This document shows positions 34,148 through 41,360 of a stretch of 41,360 bases of DNA, piece by piece (position 1 is the first letter of the stretch; the number at the start of each line of letters is the position of its first letter). Location: positions 1-41,360 of the forward strand of contig CANRQD010000002.1 in assembly GCA_947632685.1 (NCBI GenBank). Direction: 5' to 3'. The notes under the pieces were generated by a model. The model worked only from the letters and a program-made list of their open reading frames with translations. It was not told where the DNA came from and made no database searches. Made by a program: the position numbers and the translations under genes. The stretch is from an uncultured Bacilli bacterium. GTDB taxonomy: Bacteria > Bacillota_I > Bacilli_A > RF39 > UBA660.

Positions 34148-34332
34148 AAAGAATTATATTTTTGAATTTTTTCTGATGTTTTTAACATTATTTCATATTT
34201 CTTCATAGTATTCTGAATCTAACAATCCATATTTTTTCATTTCTTGATAATAGTCGAAATTCCAGAATTCCTATTTTTTATAGCACTTATTTTTAGGTAG
34301 ATACTCATCACACATTCAAGTAACACATACTA

Positions 34333-35577
34333 CTATTTATTTAATCCGTCAATAATGGAATCAACTAATTTATCAGTATTAGCTTTTTCCTTATGTAGAT
34401 AACAATCAATTAAAAATTTTGTATCCATCAGCATTAATGCTATTTTTTTGTGAGAAGCGTCACTAGAATCATTGTTTCTAGCTTTACTCTCTGCATATCC
34501 CATATATACAAAATTATCATTTAAATCAAATCTATTATCTTTTTTGTTATATGGAACAATAAATGCATTATATATTTTATCAGTATCATATTCCAACGGT
34601 TTATCAAAATTATGAGGATTGCTACAATAATCACCATATGTAATTTGTTTATCTATATCTTCAGCTCCAGGTAATTTTCCATTATCTATAACTGCATATT
34701 TATAATATTTAGAATCAATAATAAATAATTCTCTTTCATTTTTTCTTTTTATAATTGTATCAGGTCTCATATGAAGATTAGGTACTTTTTCAGGTAAATT
34801 CACCCATTTTAATTCAGGTCTATAATTGTTTATTAAATCATTACCAAATACAGAATCAACCATCTTTTCCCAAGCATAATTATAATTTGTAGTTAATATA
34901 TCATTAACACTTTCGGTAGAATCATCTTCAAATTCACTTTTTATAATTTGTATCATGTTATTAAGTAATGTTTTTTTTCTATCATTAAAGGATTTTCTTA
35001 ATTCATCGTTCAATATTTGAATATAATAATTCTTATTTTTATCGTCATAGTCATAATCTATTTTTTCAATATTACCAAATAACCATCCTATTTGTTCAAT
35101 ACTATGATTAATACACAAAGCATGAATTTCAGTAATAATATTATCAATAGTTCTTTTTTTATCTACATATGGATTTAAATAAATAGCACCCTGGTCTGAA
35201 AATAAGGGAGTTGTCGAAAAAGTTCTTTTCCAATTTATTTTTCCTCTTTGAGACTGCATATATATTTTTTCTTTTTCATTATATAATCCATTACTTATAT
35301 AATCATTCAAAATCCATAAATAAGCATGAATAGGAAAACCAGTAATACTACCTATTTGATTTTCATAGTCATAATCAATATCTTTAATTTTTGTTAAAGA
35401 CATCGTATATAGAATATCAATTACTGCTTTTCTTTGAAGATTTGGAAATTTATCTGATGGAATATCATAACCAAGTGGAAAAAATATAGATATATTTTCC
35501 TTGTCAAATTTAATTCCTACTCGTCCAAATTCATCATTAATACAGCTTTTACAAATCCATATTTTCTTGTTATTCAT
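34333..35577 (-). CDS. LlaJI-R2 / McrC-like PD-(D/E)xK endonuclease subunit
   Basis: RPDTIIKRKNERELFIIDSKYYKY (D...IDSK catalytic-type motif, about nt 34696-34719). An 8-nt overlap (ATGAATAA) with the upstream McrB-like gene. Confidence 0.7.
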   Translation of the reverse strand: MNNKKIWICKSCINDEFGRVGIKFDKENISIFFPLGYDIPSDKFPNLQRKAVIDILYTMSLTKIKDIDYDYENQIGSITGFPIHAYLWILNDYISNGLYNEKEKIYMQSQRGKINWKRTFSTTPLFSDQGAIYLNPYVDKKRTIDNIITEIHALCINHSIEQIGWLFGNIEKIDYDYDDKNKNYYIQILNDELRKSFNDRKKTLLNNMIQIIKSEFEDDSTESVNDILTTNYNYAWEKMVDSVFGNDLINNYRPELKWVNLPEKVPNLHMRPDTIIKRKNERELFIIDSKYYKYAVIDNGKLPGAEDIDKQITYGDYCSNPHNFDKPLEYDTDKIYNAFIVPYNKKDNRFDLNDNFVYMGYAESKARNNDSSDASHKKIALMLMDTKFLIDCYLHKEKANTDKLVDSIIDGLNK

Positions 35578-37156
35578 TATTATCTGTGTCTTTCTCAGTA
35601 ATTATAAACAAATCATTGAATACCTTTAAATTTTCATTTTCAAAACCAACAAGGAGATCATCCAATGTTTTATATTTAGGATTAAACCATGCCTCTCTAT
35701 TTAATTTAGCAACATCATCCCATAAATACATTAATACTTTTTCGGCAAACTCTTTTTTTACATCATTTATATTATCATATAATTCTGTTGTACCATCACT
35801 ATTAATTAAATCTTCTTTACCAACAAAATACTTACCTATTTGTTTATCCTCAGCATTAACACCATATGCATTTTTCTCAAATATCTCTTCATTTATTGTT
35901 TCAATAAATTTTTTCCATGTAACATTATCTGAACCAGGAATTAACATAGCTCCTAATTTTTTATCATATTCATCAGTTTCATCAAATTTATTAGATATTT
36001 TTTTTAATTTCCATCTTCTTTTAAATGCTGTATCAAGTGTATAAACATTTTGGTCACTAGTATTCATAGTAGCCATAATCCATAAATTAGAGGGAATACT
36101 AACTTTATCATTTTTTAATTTGTATCCTTCATTATTAAAATATTGTTTAATAATATCATTACTAATTTCAAATTCGCCTGAACCATCATCTTTACGATCT
36201 AATAATTGGAAAACATCTCCAAATATAGCAGAAGCATTTCCTCTATTAATTTCTTCTATAACTAAGCAATATTTTTTAGTTGGATTTGTTAGGGCATCAA
36301 ATAATATTTTAGTAAAATATCCAGGTTCAATTTTATAACTAATTTTACCATTTTGATCTACTTTAGGTACTACTAAACCAACAAATTCACCATTTGTATA
36401 GTCAGAATAGAATGTTGTTGTTATGCAATCAAATCCTTCTGTTTGACAAATATTTCTTACTTTGTAACTTTTACCACAACCAGGAGCTCCATAATATATA
36501 ACATTTGTTCCTCCGGTTACCCTATTTGTATTATCTATTTCTTTCAATTCATTTAGAACAGTATTATTTTCTTCAATTATTTTAGGCATATCATTAACAG
36601 TTACATATTTGCTAATTTTCATAGCTTTACTTAATTCTACATCTAGTGATGATGGAATATTTGCATACTCAACAATATTTTTATAATTATAGTTATTTTT
36701 TTCAATTAAATCAGCATATTGAATACCAAATAAATACAAAGATAAAATTTTAGTTTTTTCTTCGGCATTATTATATCTATTTCCTAGTAATTCTCCTAGT
36801 TCTTGTTCTGTGTAATTTGGAATATATTCAATTTTAGCTAAACCAGCTGCAATTTTTTGATATTTTTCATCATGTTGATTTAAAAAGGTAACAACATCTT
36901 CTAAAGACACATCATTATAAATGCCCTTATTATTAAAAGTATTTGTACTAGATATTAATCCATAAGAATTAAGTACTATTGATGCTAAAACACCAGTATT
37001 GTTATATCCATTTGGAAAATACTCTTGATCAATATTTATTGCAGCTTTACCTTCAATTAAATATTCTTTTAAAACATAAGATATATACCTTTTATTAAAT
37101 GGTAAAGCATCAGTATTATCAATTCGATTTTCTAGCATTGGTAAATTTAAATTCAT
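35570..37156 (-). CDS. McrB-like AAA+ GTPase subunit (LlaJI-R1 / YdiS-like)
   Basis: YYGAPGCGKSY (Walker A, about nt 36467-36490), LVIEEINRGNASAIFGDVFQLLDR, and ATMNTSDQNVYTLDTAFKRRW, the McrB-family signature. The ~200-aa N-terminal domain is unknown. Confidence 0.8.
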   Translation of the reverse strand: MNLNLPMLENRIDNTDALPFNKRYISYVLKEYLIEGKAAINIDQEYFPNGYNNTGVLASIVLNSYGLISSTNTFNNKGIYNDVSLEDVVTFLNQHDEKYQKIAAGLAKIEYIPNYTEQELGELLGNRYNNAEEKTKILSLYLFGIQYADLIEKNNYNYKNIVEYANIPSSLDVELSKAMKISKYVTVNDMPKIIEENNTVLNELKEIDNTNRVTGGTNVIYYGAPGCGKSYKVRNICQTEGFDCITTTFYSDYTNGEFVGLVVPKVDQNGKISYKIEPGYFTKILFDALTNPTKKYCLVIEEINRGNASAIFGDVFQLLDRKDDGSGEFEISNDIIKQYFNNEGYKLKNDKVSIPSNLWIMATMNTSDQNVYTLDTAFKRRWKLKKISNKFDETDEYDKKLGAMLIPGSDNVTWKKFIETINEEIFEKNAYGVNAEDKQIGKYFVGKEDLINSDGTTELYDNINDVKKEFAEKVLMYLWDDVAKLNREAWFNPKYKTLDDLLVGFENENLKVFNDLFIITEKDTDNNE

Positions 37157-37157
37157 A

Positions 37158-37922
37158 TTATTCCACTCCTTTTTCTACAATATAATCATTTAAATTATTT
37201 ATAACATAATCATAATCAAATTCATCTAAATAAGCATTCTTTTTATCATATTTAGTTTTTTTCCCTCGAACATTAACAGATATCATACTAAGTTTATATA
37301 CTCTATTATAATCAAATGTAAATTCTCGAGATATCCAAGGTTGTTTATTGATGAAATTCAAAACATTCATTATATACTGGGTATTTTGTTTAGCCCATTG
37401 ATCATGAATTTTTGGATTTTTAATACTACTATTTAATTCACATAGACATTTATATATTTCTTGAACATATTGTTTTTTTTGAGTATTAGTATCACTTTTA
37501 CAAAAATTCACATATGATTCTAAACAACCAGAATTTTTAATTGTAAAATAACATAATAAGTATGTAAAAATATAAGCATTTTCCATTTTATCATCTTTTG
37601 TAATAAAATTAATTAAATCGGGATCAATAATTTTTATTGATTTTCTTCCTTTTTCTATAGCATGCGAATACTCTAAAAGACTAATAGTTTCATTATAATA
37701 ATTAATTATTCCATTATTTTTATCAAGTAATTGCCATTTTTCTGCAATATAATCTTCTAAAGTCGATTTCCAATTAGAATAATTAAATTCATTATCTACA
37801 GAATATTCTTTAATAAATTTAGATATAAAATATACTGTATCATAAGCATATGATTTATCTGATATAAATTTTCCATTAGAATAACTTGAATCCTTTAATC
37901 TATCATATATATTAAATTTCAT
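37158..37922 (-). CDS. Hypothetical 254-aa protein embedded in the R-M operon
   Basis: GGAG/GGTGA RBS lies inside the end of the methyltransferase gene. It overlaps that gene by 11 nt upstream and leaves a 1-nt gap downstream. I recognise no motif. Confidence 0.7.
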   Translation of the reverse strand: MKFNIYDRLKDSSYSNGKFISDKSYAYDTVYFISKFIKEYSVDNEFNYSNWKSTLEDYIAEKWQLLDKNNGIINYYNETISLLEYSHAIEKGRKSIKIIDPDLINFITKDDKMENAYIFTYLLCYFTIKNSGCLESYVNFCKSDTNTQKKQYVQEIYKCLCELNSSIKNPKIHDQWAKQNTQYIMNVLNFINKQPWISREFTFDYNRVYKLSMISVNVRGKKTKYDKKNAYLDEFDYDYVINNLNDYIVEKGVE

Positions 37923-40326
37923 AATTCACCACTCCTATATAATATAAAGAATTTTTATCTATATTAATTGTAAATTTTGATTTACTCTTAACAATTGCAT
38001 AATATTCTCTAAACTCATCAGTTGAATAAATTGATAAATCAATTTTATTAATATCTATATTACCAATCTTCGGATATAAAATAGCTATTGAACCATTTAC
38101 AATAACATCTTTTGGCATTAAAGCTGCTCTTAGATTATATGTAAAATTTGGCATAATAATTGTATTTGAATTAAAATACTTACTACAAATAAATAATGAA
38201 GGATCATCAATATATTTATCATAACCATTAATATGAACAATAGAACCATCATCAAGTATATTTTTGGATTTTAATACCCAATATTTACCCTCATTTTTTA
38301 AAAATTTATTTGTAATTTGTCTATCCCTGAAGAAATCAAAAACATCTAGTTTTAGTTTTTTTATATATTCATCAAAAAATGAGTTTCTATATATTAACCA
38401 TAATCTATCATGATAAATATATTTTTGTGGTACAATTCTTAATTCGTTGTCTCTCTTATTAAATATAATTGTATTATCATATTCTTTTTTTGTGAAATGG
38501 ATTACTAAAATTTCAATAAACACCTTTTTAAATGCACTAACACCATAATCTGTAATAGAAACAATATTATAGCTTTCATATTTTTTTCTTAACGAATCAA
38601 ACTCAGGTGTCATAATAAACGTTTTTGGTAAAACCATTATTATATTATCACTTTTATTATAAATTTTTTCAAGAAATACTCCATAAATATTATCACAATC
38701 AAATTCAATTTTCTTTTTATATTCTTTTTTCGTTTTTGAATCTAATTTAAAGAAAGGAGGATTTCCAATTATGTAATCATATTTTTCTTTAAATTCATAA
38801 TCAATAAAATCAATATTAATTGGAGTAACAATAACTCTTTCTGTATCAATATGATATTTATTTAATTCATTAATTGTATCATTTAGAACCTCGTTATTTA
38901 TATCTACAATATCTAAATAAATTTTTTCTGTATTATAGAATTTAGATATTATTGGAATTAAAAAATTTCCACCACCTACAGAAGGTTCAAGAATTCTAAC
39001 ATTTTTTTTATCATATTCATCAATACTTTTTAAACAATCATAGATTACAGATTGTGGTGTGTAGAAGCTTCCATTTTTTCTAGCTTCTTTAGTACTATTT
39101 TTTTCTTCATTAATATATGATTTAATATAAAGATTATCACTTGAAACAGTTTTATCTTTTGAATTAATATACTCATTAAAATCAAACATATCATTAATAT
39201 TTTTAGCTATCTTAGTCATTATCTGAGTTGGAACTGCTTCACCAATACATCTTCTTATATTTAATTCATTCTTTTTCAAAAAATCTATTCTATTTTCTAT
39301 AATTTTTCTATCATTAATATTCTCAGCAACCCATTTAAACGAATCTGGAATGCTCATTACTCTCATCAATTCTCTAATGGATAAAACTCTATCATCTCTA
39401 GGATGAATGGTATCCATTGCAGCCAATTGATCATTCCTTGTTGCAACACATGCACATGGTTTATCCCAAAATAAACGCCTATATTTATTTCCTAAATAGC
39501 CAGATTTTAACAATTCTTTTTTACCGTCAATCAACTTATAAGGTTTTTTATCGTCTGCATTATTGAATGCAGATTCTCCCTCTTTTAAATCATGTATCCA
39601 TTCTCTCATATATGAATCATATGGTCTAAAAAAATGTAAAATATCTTTTTCATCAAAATCGTTAGGTTCATCAAGTTTTTTTAATTTTCCAATTGCATCT
39701 CTTAAAGTTATTTGTTTTTCAGGTAGTGGAAATAAATTTAAAGGAGACATAAAATCTTGATCCTTTCTTGTTCCAATTACTAATGTTCTTGGTCTACTTG
39801 AAGGCACTCCATAATCTTTAAAATTTATAACTCTATATTCTATATTATAATCATCACCTAAATTAGAAATAATAGCTTCGCCAATTTTCTTGTCAGTTCC
39901 ATCAATGTCAGTACAAATAGTTTTGATAAAAGCTCTAACATTTTCAAAAACAAATACTTTAGGTTTAATTTTTTTTACAATCTTAATTGCCTCTACAACT
40001 AAACTATTTCTTTTTTGTTCATTATTCTTTTTGTAATTAGCTGTAGACATACCTTGACATGGTGGTGTTGCCACAACAACATCAACGTCATTTAAGTTTT
40101 CATTTTCTTTCCAATATTCTATTTCCTCATAAATTTTATCTTGTATCGTATTATCTGTTATATCTCCGCATATATAACCAGATTGATATTTACACTTATT
40201 ATTATATTTTTGTATATCTATTCTACTTTTTATTAGCTCACTTGTTGCAATGCATTCAAATCCATTTTCTTTAAATCCATAGCATCCAACACCGGCACTA
40301 CTAAATAGACTTATGTATGTTCTCAT
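37912..40326 (-). CDS. Fused DNA methyltransferase: N-terminal C5-cytosine MTase plus C-terminal gamma-class N6-adenine MTase with a TaqI-like target-recognition domain
   Basis: N-terminal half: LFSSAGVG (motif I), TPPCQGMS (IV, about nt 40045-40068), FVFENV (VI), VPSSRPR (VIII), IGEAVP (X). C-terminal half: FYTP, LEPSVGGGNF (I), IIGNPPF (IV, NPPF encoded at nt 38752-38763). AGGAGG RBS. Confidence 0.85.
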   Translation of the reverse strand: MRTYISLFSSAGVGCYGFKENGFECIATSELIKSRIDIQKYNNKCKYQSGYICGDITDNTIQDKIYEEIEYWKENENLNDVDVVVATPPCQGMSTANYKKNNEQKRNSLVVEAIKIVKKIKPKVFVFENVRAFIKTICTDIDGTDKKIGEAIISNLGDDYNIEYRVINFKDYGVPSSRPRTLVIGTRKDQDFMSPLNLFPLPEKQITLRDAIGKLKKLDEPNDFDEKDILHFFRPYDSYMREWIHDLKEGESAFNNADDKKPYKLIDGKKELLKSGYLGNKYRRLFWDKPCACVATRNDQLAAMDTIHPRDDRVLSIRELMRVMSIPDSFKWVAENINDRKIIENRIDFLKKNELNIRRCIGEAVPTQIMTKIAKNINDMFDFNEYINSKDKTVSSDNLYIKSYINEEKNSTKEARKNGSFYTPQSVIYDCLKSIDEYDKKNVRILEPSVGGGNFLIPIISKFYNTEKIYLDIVDINNEVLNDTINELNKYHIDTERVIVTPINIDFIDYEFKEKYDYIIGNPPFFKLDSKTKKEYKKKIEFDCDNIYGVFLEKIYNKSDNIIMVLPKTFIMTPEFDSLRKKYESYNIVSITDYGVSAFKKVFIEILVIHFTKKEYDNTIIFNKRDNELRIVPQKYIYHDRLWLIYRNSFFDEYIKKLKLDVFDFFRDRQITNKFLKNEGKYWVLKSKNILDDGSIVHINGYDKYIDDPSLFICSKYFNSNTIIMPNFTYNLRAALMPKDVIVNGSIAILYPKIGNIDINKIDLSIYSTDEFREYYAIVKSKSKFTINIDKNSLYYIGVVNYEI

Positions 40327-40340
40327 ATCTACCTCCTGAA

Positions 40341-40798
40341 TTATATATACTTTGGTAATTTACTATAATCATATTTTGTAGTAATAACCTTTAATTCTTT
40401 CATTTCTTTATCTATGTCCTCTAACGCCTTATCAAGTGTATAATCTATTTCAGCATCTTCTTTTATAAATTTTAATCCTAATTTTATTTCATTTAATTTT
40501 TGAATTATTTTTTAATGTTTTTTTCTTTTATTAGCATCTCAATCTAAAATATCATATAAATAATCTTCATTGTATCCAGCTGTCTTTAAAAGTTGGTGCA
40601 AAGGTAAGTTTTATTATTCTGAAATTTTTTTAAAATTTCTGAATCTGGTTTAGCCACTCTTCCATTTTCTATATCATTTAAAGAAGAATTACTTATTCCA
40701 ACTCTTCTTGTAAGTTTTTTTTGAGAATATTATTTTGCAGTTTTTTCTCCAACAATTAATGTAGTTAATGCTTCACTATTTTTCATAATTTCACTCAT
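40341..40798 (-). pseudogene. Decayed XRE-family HTH regulator gene immediately upstream of the methyltransferase
   Basis: My hand translation gives MSEIMKNSEALTTLIVGEKTAK*YSQKKLTRRVGISNSSLNDIENGRVAKPDSEILKK. A frameshift then occurs in an A7 run. It continues ISE**NLPLHQLLKTAGYNEDYLYDILD*DANKRKKH*KIIQKLNEIKLGLKF...KYI*. That is five in-frame stops plus one frameshift. The length of 458 nt is not a multiple of 3. Confidence 0.75.
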
Positions 40799-40827
40799 TA
40801 AAAGTATCCTTATTCTTTTCCATCCAC

Positions 40828-40836
40828 ATTATATCA
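40828..40836 (-). promoter_or_regulatory. Extended -10 promoter upstream of the decayed regulator and R-M operon
   Basis: The minus strand reads TGaTATAAT about 30 nt upstream of the pseudogene ATG. An AAGGA RBS follows. Confidence 0.5.
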
Positions 40837-41248
40837 CATTTTGTCAGTTTTTTAAAATATTTTTGTTCTGAAATCTTGACAATTGAATTTATTTGTACTA
40901 TATAATAGCGAACAATATACCAAATATTTAGAAATAATAAAATTGAAATTTCTAATAGAAACAAGTGACATTATTACTAAGCCACTTTCTCAATTTATTA
41001 CTGTTATGATCCAAATTATTAAATCTATAATAAATTTTTTTAAACAAAAATGGAGCCTTTCAACTCTTTCAGGGAAAATATAAATATCAGTTTGTAACAA
41101 TTTAATAATGTATCAAATTCTTATAAATTAAGGCTTTTTAATTTTATTAATTTGTTAGAGTTTATTAAAATAACTTTATTTTTGACATTTAGTATCTAGA
41201 AAATAAAAATGATACTATTACACATTATTTGAGCTTATCAATTCACAT

Positions 41249-41360
41249 TTATAGTGTCATAGTGTTATTAATGCTATTTTCATATGAAAAAGCTAATTTT
41301 GCTAAAACTCTTAATACTTGGAAACTTATGATTACTTTATCTTTTTCAATCAATCCTTTA
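41249..41360 (-). CDS. 3' end of an unidentified gene running off the right edge of the window
   Basis: Open frame from the window edge: ...KGLIEKDKVIISFQVLRVLAKLAFSYENSINNTMTL*, with TAA at 41249-41251. It is too short to identify. Confidence 0.35.
   Translation of the reverse strand, partial: KGLIEKDKVIISFQVLRVLAKLAFSYENSINNTMTL

Noticed and set aside
34211-34220. 10-nt identical string ttctgaatct on both flanks of the R-M island (34211-34220 and 40637-40646), considered as possible att-type direct repeats.
   Set aside because: Both copies lie inside coding-like remnants and encode the same D-S-E tripeptide. The match is short for AT-rich DNA, and there is no integrase and no extended repeat.
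35586-40274. Plus-strand track ORFs 35586-36044, 36120-36338, 39563-39760 and 40059-40274.
   Set aside because: They are antisense within the McrB-like and methyltransferase genes. The real genes carry ordered catalytic motifs on the minus strand.
40928-40955. Perfect 8-bp inverted repeat ttagaaat-N12-atttctaa, considered as a possible operator for the HTH regulator.
   Set aside because: Matches of this length are expected by chance in such AT-rich sequence. It lies more than 90 nt from the regulator's promoter, and the regulator itself is decayed.
40883-41083. 66-aa plus-strand ORF downstream of a TTGACA-17-TATATA promoter-like element.
   Set aside because: Its start is a TTG inside the putative -35 box, so it would precede any transcript start. 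It has no RBS and the sequence is low-complexity. The promoter-like element itself may be a remnant of a divergent cro/cI-type arrangement.

Overview
This is a very AT-rich, tightly packed chromosome segment of Bacillota type. It uses the standard genetic code: TGA and TAG terminate genes and Trp is TGG. Most genes are on the minus strand. Housekeeping content: ddl-murF and a D-Ala-D-Ala carboxypeptidase (cell wall); the rimP-nusA-ylxR-infB ... rbfA translation cluster; and glmS, ttcA, a class I fructose-bisphosphate aldolase, a CDF transporter and dtd.

Three regions stand out.
1. A 5.7-kb plus-strand gene (5665-11412) is wedged between infB and rbfA. It encodes a 1,915-aa soluble, Lys-rich protein built from 17 near-identical tandem units of 82-88 aa plus about 4 diverged flanking units. 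Each unit looks like a sigma-70 region-4 / LuxR-type helix-turn-helix.
2. A four-gene, translationally coupled restriction-modification operon lies at 34333-40326. It encodes a fused C5-cytosine + N6-adenine methyltransferase, an unknown 254-aa protein, a McrB-like GTPase and a LlaJI/McrC-like nuclease. It is preceded by a decayed XRE-type regulator gene.
3. Two paralogous secreted repeat proteins carry NPxTSD-type C-terminal sorting signals. One of them sits behind a C9 homopolymer in its promoter spacer.

I found no rRNA, tRNA, CRISPR array, transposase or integrase. All product calls come from motif recognition by eye; no database search was possible.
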